Source: an uncultured delta proteobacterium (GTDB lineage: Bacteria; Myxococcota_A; UBA9160; UBA4427). From it: 64,000 nt of DNA. The notes under the pieces were generated by a model, which made no database searches, was not told the DNA's origin, and worked only from the letters and a program-made list of their open reading frames with translations. Positions 46,218 through 56,309 of this stretch are shown piece by piece. The number at the start of each line of letters is the position of its first letter. Position 1 is the stretch's first letter. The stretch covers positions 64,001 to 128,000 of the forward strand of contig CAWGJT010000012.1 in NCBI GenBank assembly GCA_963822965.1, in the 5' to 3' direction. Position numbers and translations under genes: made by a program.

Positions 46218-49200
46218 GTGCGTTCGACCCGACCTACCTTCTTGGCCTCCCTCTTGGCCCCCCTCGCCTCCCTCTTAGCCTTCCTCGCCTCCCTCTTGGC
46301 CTTCCTCGCCTCCCTCCTGGCCTTCCTCGCGCTCTTCGGCGCCGGCGGCCTGCTGCTTGCCGGAAGCGCGGCGGCCCACGTCCCCTTCGTCGAGACCGTG
46401 ATCGACGGCGATCCGCCCATCGACCCCTGGATGAAGGCGATCGGGGACATCGATCGGGACGGCCTCCCGGACCTGGTGGTCGCCGGCAAGGACGGCCCGG
46501 TCGTCTGGTACCAGACGCCGACCTGGGCGAAGCACGTCATCGCCGACACCATCGCGGGCGGGATCAACAGCACCGACATCGCCGTCGCGGATCTGGACGG
46601 CGACGGCGATCGCGACGTCATCCTGGCGAACGGGCGTTGGTACGAGCACCCCGGCCCGCTGGGCGACCCGGCGGTCGATCCGTGGGCCGCACGCGACTAC
46701 GGAACGGACCCCGGTCACGACGTGCTGCCCGCCGATCTCGACGGAGACGGCGATCTCGACCTCGTGGTGCGGGATCAGTTGGCCAACGGCGACCACGTTC
46801 TCGTCTTCCGGCAGGAAGACCCCACGACCTTCACGCGGGCGGTGATTCCGAACCTGCCTGCGGGGGAAGGCATCGCGTCGTACGACCTCGACGGCGACGG
46901 CGACATCGACATCGTGCTGGGCGACCGCTGGCTCGAGAACGACGGCGACCCCGTCACGGGGGCGTGGACCCAGCGCCTCTTCACGGGCGTGGAGGCGAGC
47001 AAGCAGGAGCTGGTGGTCGCCGTCGGGGACGTGAACGCGGACGGGCTCCCCGACGTGGTCGTCTCGCCGGCCGAAAGCGGGACGACCTTCGACAACATCT
47101 ACTGGTACGAAGGTCCGACGAATCCTCTCGTCGACCCGTGGGTGCGGCACCTGATCCTCGCCGGCGTCGAGACGGCGCAACACTCGCTTCAGCTCGCCGA
47201 CTACGACAACGACGGCGACCTGGACGTCATGACCGGCTCGCACAGCGGGGGCCCCGACCCCGACGAAGTCTACCTGCTGCTCAACTCGGGGGACGGCTCG
47301 ACCTGGACCCGGCACGGGATGTCCCTGGAAGGGACCCACAACGCCCAGGCGGCCGACGTGGACGGCGACGGCGACGTGGACGTGATGGGCGCCAACTGGG
47401 ACACGGCGGCCGCCCTCGACGGGGGGGTCGTCAAGCTGTGGTTGAACCGCTCGCCGGTGGACGGGCCGCTGGCGTGGACACGCCTGTCCAGCGACGCCGG
47501 CGACCTCGAGCCTCCGACGCTCGCGGCCGGCAGCGTGCAGAGCGCCGCTCTGATCGTCGATGTCGACGGCGACGGCACCGACGACTTCGTCATCGCGGAG
47601 GCGGTGGGCGCCCCGTCGCTCGTGTGGTACCGGCGCACCGGGGTCGGCTGGACGAAGCACGTCGTCGACGACACGGCGCTTCCGATCGACGGCGGCGGCG
47701 CCGCGTACGATGTCGACGGCGACGGGGACCCGGACATCGTCATGGGCGGCGACGCGTCGAGCAATCGGATCTGGTGGTGGGAGAACCCGGCTCCGAACTT
47801 CGACCCCGGGGTTCCGTGGCAGCGGCGCCTCGTCAAGGACGGGGGCGACCCCCGGCAGCACGATCTCGCCTTCGGCGACTTCGACGGAGACGGCGCCGAC
47901 GAGCTCGTGTACTGGAACCAGCTGCCGGCACCGTCGCGGCTCTTCCTGGCGGAGATTCCCGCCAATCCGACGCTCGCCGGGCCCTGGCCGGCCACGCTGA
48001 TCCATACGGCCAGCGGTCCGGCCGAGGGGCTCGTCGCGGCCGACATCGACATGAACGGAGTCGTGGACATCGTCGCCGGAGGGTATTGGTTCGAGCACAC
48101 CGCCGGGACGTCGTTCACGCCCCATCCGATCGATCCGCTCGCCGCCGACGGGCGGGTGGCGGCGGGGCAGCTGGTGGTCGGCGGGCGACCCGAAGTGGTG
48201 TTCTCGAGCAGCGAGTCGGGAGCGGCGGCGCTTCGCTGGTGGGAGTGGGACGGCAGCGCCTGGCAGCCGCACCGCCTGATGGACTTCGACGTCGTCCAGG
48301 GCCACAGCCTCCAGCTCGCCGACGTCAACGGGGACGGCCTCCTCGACGTCTTCAGCGCGGAGATGGCCGACGGCGGGCCGAGCCCGAAGGCGCGGGTCTT
48401 CTACGGGGACGGCACGGGCAACTTCGTGCTCCACGAAATCTCCGCGGGCATCGATCTCCACGAGTCGCGGGTGGGCGACCTCGACGGGGACGGTGACCTC
48501 GACGTCCTGGGCAAGCCCTACGATACCGGGACGCCGGGCATCCACGTGTGGCTCAACGACGGCCCGGCGAAGGTGCTCCTGAGCCTGGACGAGTGGGAGA
48601 CCCACCTGGTCGATCCCGCGATGCCCGACCTCGGGCTCTTCATCGAAGCCGCGGACATCGACGGCGACGCCCTGCCCGACCTCGTCGCCGGGGCGTGGTG
48701 GTATCGGAACCCGGGCGACCTCGGCGGCGCCTGGACGCGTACCGCCATCGGCGCGCCCCTGGTGAACCAGACCGTCTTGCACGATCTCGACGGCGACGGC
48801 GACGTCGACGTGCTCGGCACCGCGACCCCGCTCGAAGGGGACGACCTCTACTGGGCGCGCAACGAGGGCGACGGCACCTTCTCGGTCTTCCCCGTCGGCA
48901 ACGCCGGGGCGGGGGCGCAGAACTTCATCCAGGGGCGCGACCTGGGTCCCTTCGTGCCGGGCCCGCTCCAGATCGCGCTCCACTGGCACGGCAAGGAAGG
49001 CAGCGGAAACGGCGATCCGGCCGTCCAGATCTTGACGCTGCCCGCGGGCGATCCGGCGGTGGAGCCCTGGGACCTGGGCCCCCTGATCGTCAGCCTTCCC
49101 GAGGTCGCCCACGGCGAGGGGCTGGCGTCCGCCGACCTCGACGACGACGGCGACCTCGACCTGCATCTCGGGGTCTACTGGCTGCGCAACGAGGGCGACG

Positions 49201-51161
49201 GCTCGTGGACGCTCATTCCCGCGAATCCCGTGACGGGTCTGGGCGACCCCGATCGCGTCCGGGTGGCGGACATCGACGGCGACGGAGACCTCGATGCGGT
49301 CGTCGGCTTCCACATGTTCGACAACACCACGAAGCTGATCTGGCTCGAGCATCCGGCCGACCCCACCACCACGTGGCCGATGCGAACGATCCTCGACCAG
49401 AACGACGGCGGGGGCTTCAGCCTGGACGTGGGCGACCTGGACAACGACGGCGACGTCGACGTGGTCCTCGGCGAGCACCTCGGGCCGGGGCGCGTCCTGC
49501 TCTTCGAGAACACCGGGGACGGGGTGACCTGGCCCGTGCACCTGGTGGACCCGGGCGGCCCCACCGTGGACCACCACGACGGCACGCGCCTGGTCGACCT
49601 CGATCTGGATGGCGATCTCGACATCGTCTCCGTCGGCTACGAGAACCACAAGGCCTGGGTCTTCGAGAACAAGGCCGTCGACGGGATCCTCGCGCCCGAT
49701 TCGGAGCCCCCCTCGGTCCCCGGGAACCCGGTGGCGACAGCCCTCTCGTCCAATCGCGTGGATCTCCGCTGGGACCCGTCCACGGACAACCTCTTCGTTT
49801 CCAACTACGACGTCTTCCGGGACGGCCAACCCGTGGGCAACACCAACCAGACGGTGTTCAACGACGTCGGCTTGTCACCGCTCACCTCCTACGGCTATCG
49901 CGTCGTCGCGCGGGATCTCAACGGCAACGCCTCCGCCCCCTCGGCTCAGGCGACGGCGGTCACCCTCTATCCCGAGACGGTTCCTCCGACCGTTCCGGGC
50001 AACCTCGTCGTGGTCTCCGCGTCCGCGGTTCGCATCGACCTGACGTGGGCTCCTTCCACCGACAACGTGATCGTCCTGGGCTACGACGTCCATCGGGACG
50101 GCGTCCTGGTCGGCACCACGACCATGCCCGGCTATTCCGACTTCGGCCTGGCGCCGGAGACGGCGTACACCTACACGGTGACTGCATTCGACGCCGAGGG
50201 AAACCGCTCGGACCCGCTCGCGGCGACCGTCGTCGCAACGACCCGCGCCCGCGAGCCGGGCCTGCTGGCGCTATGGGGATTCGACGAGCCATCCGGGAGC
50301 ACGGCCTTCGATTCTTCGGGCAACGGCCACGACGGCACCATCGAGAATTCGGCAACCCGGACGTCGGGATTCTTCGGAGGCGGGGTCGAGTTCAACGGGA
50401 CCAACGGCGACGTCGATCTGGGAACGCTCGACATCCCGGGCGCGGAGCTCACGATCTCCGCCTGGATCCGGGCGGACGACTTCGGCGTCCCGGACGCTCG
50501 CATCATCGGCAAGACGACCGGAGTCGCCACCCAGGACCACGTGTGGATGCTGAGCACCATCAACGGGCCCCACCTGCGCGCGCGTCTGCGAACCGACGAT
50601 GGCGTCACGATCACCCTGACGGGCAATGCCGCGACCCTGCCGGCCAATCAGTGGGTGCACGCGGCGATGACCTACGACGGCAGCAACCTGCGCCTCTACC
50701 AGGACGGGGTCGAAGTGGGCAGCGTCGCCAAGACCGGTGCGCTCGTCGTGGATCCGACCGTGGAGGCCTGGATCGGCAACAATCCCGCCGCGACCAACCT
50801 CGTCTTCGACGGGATCATCGACGAGGTGAAGATCTTCACGCGCGCGTTGAGCCCGACGGCGATCCTGGCGGAGGCCGACCCGGACGACGACGACGATGGG
50901 ATCCTGGACCCCTACGAGACCGACACGGGCTTCTTCGTGGACGCCTTCCACACCGGAACGAGCCCCATCCTGGCGGACTCCGATGGGGACGGGGTGAACG
51001 ATGGCGTCGAGATCGACTTCGGCAGCGATCCCAACGACCCCGCTTCCCACCCCGGAAACCTCCTGCCCGCCCTCGGGACCCCCTCGGTCGCGATCCTTCT
51101 CGCAATCCTCTGGCTGACGGGGACCTGGGCCCTCCGCGGTCGGGCTCGCCGCCGTGCCTAG
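46218..51161 (+). CDS. Large surface protein: three FG-GAP/VCBS propeller modules, two FN3, LamG-like domain, TSP3-like Asp repeats, IPTL-CTERM-like anchor
   Basis: Many DxDGDGDxD motifs; PPSVPGN...WDPSTDN FN3; WGFDE...WVHAAMTYDG...IDEVKIF LamG; C-terminus LLPALGTPSVAILLAILWLTGTWALRGRARRRA; GTG start with GAGGAG. Confidence 0.88.
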   Translation: MRSTRPTFLASLLAPLASLLAFLASLLAFLASLLAFLALFGAGGLLLAGSAAAHVPFVETVIDGDPPIDPWMKAIGDIDRDGLPDLVVAGKDGPVVWYQTPTWAKHVIADTIAGGINSTDIAVADLDGDGDRDVILANGRWYEHPGPLGDPAVDPWAARDYGTDPGHDVLPADLDGDGDLDLVVRDQLANGDHVLVFRQEDPTTFTRAVIPNLPAGEGIASYDLDGDGDIDIVLGDRWLENDGDPVTGAWTQRLFTGVEASKQELVVAVGDVNADGLPDVVVSPAESGTTFDNIYWYEGPTNPLVDPWVRHLILAGVETAQHSLQLADYDNDGDLDVMTGSHSGGPDPDEVYLLLNSGDGSTWTRHGMSLEGTHNAQAADVDGDGDVDVMGANWDTAAALDGGVVKLWLNRSPVDGPLAWTRLSSDAGDLEPPTLAAGSVQSAALIVDVDGDGTDDFVIAEAVGAPSLVWYRRTGVGWTKHVVDDTALPIDGGGAAYDVDGDGDPDIVMGGDASSNRIWWWENPAPNFDPGVPWQRRLVKDGGDPRQHDLAFGDFDGDGADELVYWNQLPAPSRLFLAEIPANPTLAGPWPATLIHTASGPAEGLVAADIDMNGVVDIVAGGYWFEHTAGTSFTPHPIDPLAADGRVAAGQLVVGGRPEVVFSSSESGAAALRWWEWDGSAWQPHRLMDFDVVQGHSLQLADVNGDGLLDVFSAEMADGGPSPKARVFYGDGTGNFVLHEISAGIDLHESRVGDLDGDGDLDVLGKPYDTGTPGIHVWLNDGPAKVLLSLDEWETHLVDPAMPDLGLFIEAADIDGDALPDLVAGAWWYRNPGDLGGAWTRTAIGAPLVNQTVLHDLDGDGDVDVLGTATPLEGDDLYWARNEGDGTFSVFPVGNAGAGAQNFIQGRDLGPFVPGPLQIALHWHGKEGSGNGDPAVQILTLPAGDPAVEPWDLGPLIVSLPEVAHGEGLASADLDDDGDLDLHLGVYWLRNEGDGSWTLIPANPVTGLGDPDRVRVADIDGDGDLDAVVGFHMFDNTTKLIWLEHPADPTTTWPMRTILDQNDGGGFSLDVGDLDNDGDVDVVLGEHLGPGRVLLFENTGDGVTWPVHLVDPGGPTVDHHDGTRLVDLDLDGDLDIVSVGYENHKAWVFENKAVDGILAPDSEPPSVPGNPVATALSSNRVDLRWDPSTDNLFVSNYDVFRDGQPVGNTNQTVFNDVGLSPLTSYGYRVVARDLNGNASAPSAQATAVTLYPETVPPTVPGNLVVVSASAVRIDLTWAPSTDNVIVLGYDVHRDGVLVGTTTMPGYSDFGLAPETAYTYTVTAFDAEGNRSDPLAATVVATTRAREPGLLALWGFDEPSGSTAFDSSGNGHDGTIENSATRTSGFFGGGVEFNGTNGDVDLGTLDIPGAELTISAWIRADDFGVPDARIIGKTTGVATQDHVWMLSTINGPHLRARLRTDDGVTITLTGNAATLPANQWVHAAMTYDGSNLRLYQDGVEVGSVAKTGALVVDPTVEAWIGNNPAATNLVFDGIIDEVKIFTRALSPTAILAEADPDDDDDGILDPYETDTGFFVDAFHTGTSPILADSDGDGVNDGVEIDFGSDPNDPASHPGNLLPALGTPSVAILLAILWLTGTWALRGRARRRA
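46239..46334 (+). repeat. 21-bp tandem repeat (4 copies plus a partial) encoding FLASLLA in the signal peptide
   Basis: TTCCTCGCCTCCCTCTTGGCC-like units at 46239, 46260, 46281, 46302, partial at 46323. Confidence 0.9.
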
Positions 51162-51183
51162 GAGCGCGACCCAAGACCAGGCC

Positions 51184-52512
51184 ATGGGTCGGGATCGGGG
51201 AGCTTCGACGCTCGTCCGCTCCGCCGCTCTCACGCTCTGTCTCCTGGCCTTCGCGATCGGCGCTCCGCGGCCAGCCTCCGCGTCGCCCCCCACCTGGCAA
51301 TTCCTGTCCTCCGCGAACGGGGACCTCGACCCGCCGACCCTCGACGGCGTCGAGCAGACGGCCAGCCTCGTCTTCGACGTGGACGGCGACGGGGACATGG
51401 ACTTCGTGATCGGGGACCGCGACTCGACGACCTCGCCGGTCGTCTGGTATCGCAGGGATCCGGCCGGATGGACCCGCCTCGTCGTCGAGGACGGGGGCCG
51501 GCGCCGAATGGAGGCAGGGGGAGCGGCCTTCGACGTGGACGGCGACGGAGACCAGGACATCGTCTTCGGCGCGGACCGTTCGAGCAACGAGATCTGGTGG
51601 TGGGAGAATCCGAACCCGGACTTCGGCGCCGCCTGGACCCGGCGCACGATCAAGCAGTCGGGCGGCACCAAGCACCACGACTGCATCTTCGGCGACTTCG
51701 ACGGCGACGGCGCCGCGGAGCTGGTGTACTGGACCCAGGCGCCTCCCCAAGCGGGCCTCTTCATCGCCGAGATTCCCGCCGACCCGAAGAACACCCCGGA
51801 TTGGCCCGCGACGGAGATCTTCAGCGGCACCACGGAATATGCCGAGGGCCTCGCGAAGGGGGACATCGACGGGGACGGCGTGCTCGACTTCACCGGCGCG
51901 GGATACTGGTTCCGGCACGAGGGCGGCGGGACGTACGGCGCGAACCTCGTCGCCGCCGATCGGGAGTACACCCGCTCGGCCATCGGACAGCTCGTGCCCG
52001 GCGGTCGGCCCGAGGTGGTGATCTCCGGCGGCGACGCGAACGGCCCCCTCGAGTGGTATCAGTGGGACGGTGCCCAGTGGGTCCGCAACACGATCTTCCC
52101 GACCACGTTCCGCGTCCACTCGCTCGCCCTCGCCGACCTCGACGAAGACGGCCACCTCGACGTCTTTGCGGCGGAGATGCGCCTCCAGGACACGAATCCC
52201 CTCGCGAAGGTGTGGGCGCTCTACGGCGACGGCGCCGGCGGATTCACCGCGACGGAGATCGACACCGGAATCGACAATCACGAATCCAAGCTCGCCGACC
52301 TGGACGGAGACGGGGATCTCGACATCCTCGGCAAGCCCTACGACCACGGGACGCCGGGCGTCAACATCTGGCTCCAGGAGGGAAGCGGTGCGGCTCCCGT
52401 CCCGGCGCTGGACGGACGCGGCCCGCAGCTGCTGGTGGCGCTGCTCTGCGCGACCGCGCTCGCTGCGATGCGGCGCACACGGCGGGCGCACTCCGCAGTG
52501 CGGGCGCTCTGA
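51184..52512 (+). CDS. FG-GAP/VCBS repeat secreted protein with VPAL (IPTL-CTERM-like) anchor
   Basis: Signal peptide; DVDGDGD repeats; PVPALDGRGPQLLVALLCATALAAMRRTRR. Confidence 0.85.
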   Translation: MGRDRGASTLVRSAALTLCLLAFAIGAPRPASASPPTWQFLSSANGDLDPPTLDGVEQTASLVFDVDGDGDMDFVIGDRDSTTSPVVWYRRDPAGWTRLVVEDGGRRRMEAGGAAFDVDGDGDQDIVFGADRSSNEIWWWENPNPDFGAAWTRRTIKQSGGTKHHDCIFGDFDGDGAAELVYWTQAPPQAGLFIAEIPADPKNTPDWPATEIFSGTTEYAEGLAKGDIDGDGVLDFTGAGYWFRHEGGGTYGANLVAADREYTRSAIGQLVPGGRPEVVISGGDANGPLEWYQWDGAQWVRNTIFPTTFRVHSLALADLDEDGHLDVFAAEMRLQDTNPLAKVWALYGDGAGGFTATEIDTGIDNHESKLADLDGDGDLDILGKPYDHGTPGVNIWLQEGSGAAPVPALDGRGPQLLVALLCATALAAMRRTRRAHSAVRAL

Positions 52513-52527
52513 CCCCGCCCCGGACGC

Positions 52528-53706
52528 TCACGGGCAGTTCGGGGTGCCGTTGCAGGAATTGCTGAAGAGGTTGACTCCGCCGGTCACCGTGCCTCCCGTA
52601 TTGCCGGTGATGACGTTGTTGCGATAGACGGCGTCGGAGGCGACGAGTCGCACCCCGAAGCCCACGTTCTGAGTGGCGGCATTCCTCTGGACCAGCGCAC
52701 CGGCGCCCGCCTCGATGCCGTCGCCCGTGTTGAACGAGCTGCTGTTGTCGAGGATCGAGGCGGCGTCGCCGGCGAGGATCCCGTCGGCGCCGTTGCTGGA
52801 CACGACATTGCCGGAGATCGAGGCCGCCGCGCCGGCGTGGATGCCTTCGAGCGTGTTCTCCCGGCTCGAATTTCCGGCGATCGTCGACTGACCGCTCTCG
52901 AGGATTCCGGCACCGCCGTTCGAGTAGACGGCGTTTCCCCGGATGACGCAGCCGAGCGCGCAGCTCACGCCGGGACCCTGGCTGCCCGTCACCGAGTTGT
53001 CCGAGACCACCGTTCCGTCTCCCGCCGTGATGCCGACGCCGGCGCTCGCTCCCGAGATGGTGTTGCCGGAGACGAGGCTGTTGCTCCCGGCCTGGATCCC
53101 ACCGCCCGGATTGCCCGTGACGACGTTGCCGGAGACGGTGGACGACGCGCCGGCCACGATTCCGCTGGTGAAGGCGCTGCCGGTGTTGTCGGAGACGTTG
53201 TTGCCGTGAAGCTTGCCTCGCTCTCCGGTCTCGAGGCCTCCGCCCGCGTTCGAATCGATCCCCATGTCGTCGACACGAACCTGGGAGGCGCCGGCCAACG
53301 CGATGGCCAGGCTTCGGAAGCCGCGGATCGTGCCGTTCCGGAACGTACTCCGGATCGCGTCGGCGCCGTCGGTACCCGTGCCCGTCACGCCGCTGCCGCT
53401 GCCGGAGCCGGTGGCAGGGCCCGAGAGCGCGAAGCCGTTGAAGTCCACCGTGACGCCCGCGGCGGTGACGACGAGCCCGTCCAGGTTCGGGTCGCTCACC
53501 GTCAGGTTGCCGGTGAGTCGATAGCTTCCCTCCGCCGAGATCGTGATGGGGAAGCCCGCAGCGTCGCCCGCGAAGCACCCCGTCTGTGTCGCACAGCTCT
53601 GGCTGATCTCGAGAACGCCGTCGACGGCTCCGGCGGGAGCAGCGGCGGAAAGGAGGACGAGCCCGATAAGGGACAGAACGGAGCGCCAGATCCGGGTGTG
53701 TCGCAT
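52528..53706 (-). CDS. Secreted right-handed parallel beta-helix protein (paralog of 40910-41776)
   Basis: Signal peptide; GFPITI...GSYRLTGNL, VDFNGFAL, ~23-aa GI.AG....V.GN....N repeats; ends NSCNGTPNCP. Confidence 0.85.
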   Translation of the reverse strand: MRHTRIWRSVLSLIGLVLLSAAAPAGAVDGVLEISQSCATQTGCFAGDAAGFPITISAEGSYRLTGNLTVSDPNLDGLVVTAAGVTVDFNGFALSGPATGSGSGSGVTGTGTDGADAIRSTFRNGTIRGFRSLAIALAGASQVRVDDMGIDSNAGGGLETGERGKLHGNNVSDNTGSAFTSGIVAGASSTVSGNVVTGNPGGGIQAGSNSLVSGNTISGASAGVGITAGDGTVVSDNSVTGSQGPGVSCALGCVIRGNAVYSNGGAGILESGQSTIAGNSSRENTLEGIHAGAAASISGNVVSSNGADGILAGDAASILDNSSSFNTGDGIEAGAGALVQRNAATQNVGFGVRLVASDAVYRNNVITGNTGGTVTGGVNLFSNSCNGTPNCP

Positions 53707-53859
53707 CGGTCCCTAGGATAGCCACTTCGAGCGGCCGCCCACGTCCCGTTTCGGCCGCCTTCTGCCGGCCGATTGCGCACGAGATGCGTCCTCGTGACGC
53801 GTCGACAGGCTCCTGCTGAATCGAACGATCGACGCGGAGGGTCGGGTATCCTCCCGGCA

Positions 53860-56217
53860 GTGCACTGCATCCGACGAATCCGCATCCCCGTCTTCCCCCG
53901 AACGACCTCTCGCTCCCTGCTGCTCTTCGCCGTAACCCTCGGTGTCCTGCTGACGAGCGAGCCCGCGAGCGCCGTCTTCCAGCGCGAGACCATCGACACC
54001 CAGGTGGGCGCGTGGGGGAAGGCCTTCCTCGACGTCGACGGCGACGGTCTGCAAGACCTGCTGGTCGGCGGGGGCGAGCTGAACGGCTTCGTCTACTGGT
54101 ACCGCGCTCCCGGGTGGCAGCGCTTCGAGATCGGTTCGTCGGGCGGCGGTGACGACCTCACCTGCGCCGACATGAACGGCGACGGCGTGAAGGACGTGGT
54201 CGTCACGGGCAACCCCATCACCTGGTACGAGAACCCGCGTGGCAGCGGCGGAGACCCCACCTCCGGCTGGACGCCCCATCTCATCGAGAGCAACGCTATC
54301 GCCCACGATGGGCTGACCCACGACTTCGACGGCGACGGACGGCTGGACGTCTCGGTGCGCAGCGAACGCGGGACGACGCGGATCTACTTCCAGGAGTCCG
54401 ACGGATCCTTCACGCCGGTCGTGCTGGAGCAGTCCCTCGAGGCGGCCGGCGGGCACTGGCAGGAAGACGTCGACGGCGACGGCAAGCTCGACATCGTCGG
54501 CCCGGGCTACTGGCTGCGCCACCCGGTGAACCCGCGGAACGGCGCCGACTGGACGCGCTACCCGATTGCGACGTGGCCGGACGGCGGCGCCGTCGGCAGC
54601 GGCGATTTCGACCACGACGGCAACGTCGACATCGTGCTCGCACCGTCGGAGACCGGACCCGGCACGATCACGTGGTTCGAGGCGCCCGACGACCCGCTGA
54701 CCGGAGCCTGGGTCGCACACCCGATCCTGGCGGCGGAGGACGTGCACCGGATCCGGGTCGTGGACTTCGACCAGGACGGCGAGCTCGACATCGCGTTCGC
54801 CGAGATGCACCAATCGCCGCTCGACCGGGTCGGGGTGCTCCACAACGACGGCGACGGAACGGGCTTCAGCCTCGAGCTGCTCTCGACCCAGGCTTCGCAC
54901 AACATCGCCGTGGCCGACGCGGACGCCGACGGCGACCTCGACATCCTGGGCTCCAACTGGGACATCGCGGCCTCCCCCGACGGCGCGCGGCTCAACCTGT
55001 GGCGCAACCAGCGTGACTTCGCCGGCAAGGCGATGCTCGACGAGTGGACGCCGATGGTGATCGCCAGCGACAAGCCCGATCAGGTCTTCGGGCTCGCCTT
55101 CGGCGACGTGGACGGTGACGGCGCGCGCGACGTGGCGACCGGCCGCACGTGGTATGCGAACCCGGGATCGCTGCCGGCGAACGACTGGATCGAGACCGAC
55201 CTCGGCGCCGGCTTCGACGCCATGCTCGTGATCGACGTCGACCTCGACGGGCAGCTCGACGTGATCGCTCAGGGCACCCCGAACGGGGGCCAGGTGCCCA
55301 TCGTGTGGCTCCAGCCCGACGACCCCACCGGAGCGTCCTTCACCCCGATCACGGTCGGGCAGATCCCCGCGGATCCCGGCGACGGGCAGAGTCAGGGCTA
55401 CGCGGTGGCCTCCCTGCTCGGTCCCGACAGCCGGGACCTGGTGTTCAGCACGGTCGGGATCCACGCCCTGACGATTCCCGCGAACCCCGCGACGGACACC
55501 TGGCCCGTCACCACGGTGGCGCCGGACGCGCGAGAAGAGGGCTTCGCGCTTGCCGACATCGATCGCGACGACGACCTGGACGTGGTCGCGCTCGTTGCGC
55601 CGGCGGGCACCACCGTCGCGTGGTGGGAGAACGAGGGAGCCGGCACGTTCACGCGGCACGACCTCGGCACGACCTCCGGCATCGAGGGCGACCGGGTCGC
55701 GGTGGCGGACATCGACTGGGACTCGAGGCTCGACGTGGTGGTGACCGAGACGAACCTGCTGGACAACGGGAACGCCGTCTACTGGTTCCGGCAGCCGGCG
55801 GTCGCGACCGACGGGGGCTGGACGCGAACGACGATCGCAGGCGACCTCGGCAGCCTCAACTCGATGGACGTGGGGGACGTCGACGGCGATGGGCGTCCGG
55901 ACGTGGTGACCGGCGAGCACCGCGGCGATCGCAGGGTCGTGGTGTGGGAGAACGTGGACGGCGGAACGACGTGGACGCCGCACACCGTCGCGACCGGAGA
56001 CGAGTCCCATCTCGGCGCCCGACTGGTGGACCTCGACGGCAACGGTGCCCGCGACATCGTGAACATCGGCTTCGACGATCCCCAGTTCGTGCGGGCCTTC
56101 ACCGTCCAGGTGATTCCCGAGCCCAGCCCGATCGTCCAGGCCTTCGCCGGCCTCGTCGGCCTCGCGCTCCTCCATTGGCACCATCGGCGTCGGAGCGCGC
56201 AGCACCCCGGGGCGTGA
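53860..56217 (+). CDS. FG-GAP/VCBS repeat protein (two modules) with PEP-CTERM-like anchor
   Basis: DVDGDG repeats; VIPEPSPIVQAFAGLVGLALLHWHHRRR; GTG 53860 chosen because TATCCT lies 7 nt upstream (ORF open from 53773). Confidence 0.82.
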   Translation: MHCIRRIRIPVFPRTTSRSLLLFAVTLGVLLTSEPASAVFQRETIDTQVGAWGKAFLDVDGDGLQDLLVGGGELNGFVYWYRAPGWQRFEIGSSGGGDDLTCADMNGDGVKDVVVTGNPITWYENPRGSGGDPTSGWTPHLIESNAIAHDGLTHDFDGDGRLDVSVRSERGTTRIYFQESDGSFTPVVLEQSLEAAGGHWQEDVDGDGKLDIVGPGYWLRHPVNPRNGADWTRYPIATWPDGGAVGSGDFDHDGNVDIVLAPSETGPGTITWFEAPDDPLTGAWVAHPILAAEDVHRIRVVDFDQDGELDIAFAEMHQSPLDRVGVLHNDGDGTGFSLELLSTQASHNIAVADADADGDLDILGSNWDIAASPDGARLNLWRNQRDFAGKAMLDEWTPMVIASDKPDQVFGLAFGDVDGDGARDVATGRTWYANPGSLPANDWIETDLGAGFDAMLVIDVDLDGQLDVIAQGTPNGGQVPIVWLQPDDPTGASFTPITVGQIPADPGDGQSQGYAVASLLGPDSRDLVFSTVGIHALTIPANPATDTWPVTTVAPDAREEGFALADIDRDDDLDVVALVAPAGTTVAWWENEGAGTFTRHDLGTTSGIEGDRVAVADIDWDSRLDVVVTETNLLDNGNAVYWFRQPAVATDGGWTRTTIAGDLGSLNSMDVGDVDGDGRPDVVTGEHRGDRRVVVWENVDGGTTWTPHTVATGDESHLGARLVDLDGNGARDIVNIGFDDPQFVRAFTVQVIPEPSPIVQAFAGLVGLALLHWHHRRRSAQHPGA

Positions 56218-56247
56218 GGCCGGAGACGGGCGGCCGGGCGGGGCGGC

Positions 56248-56282
56248 TGGCAGGATTCGTGGGGTGATTGTCATTGCCGCCA
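56248..56282. promoter_or_regulatory. Imperfect palindrome upstream of GlxA-family regulator (candidate autoregulatory operator)
   Basis: TGGCAGGA-N19-TGCCGCCA just upstream of a GATGCT -10-like hexamer. Confidence 0.4.
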
Positions 56283-56309
56283 GCCCCCGGCCGGCCGATG
56301 CTGTGGGCC

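Noticed and set aside
46400..56100. Recurrent GACGGCGACGGCGAC-like repeats as a CRISPR array or DNA repeat element
   Set aside because: Degenerate, irregularly spaced and explained by DxDGDGD protein motifs; no cas genes
40262..56217. Active integrative element or prophage at tRNA-Phe
   Set aside because: No integrase, transposase, phage genes or duplicated att site seen
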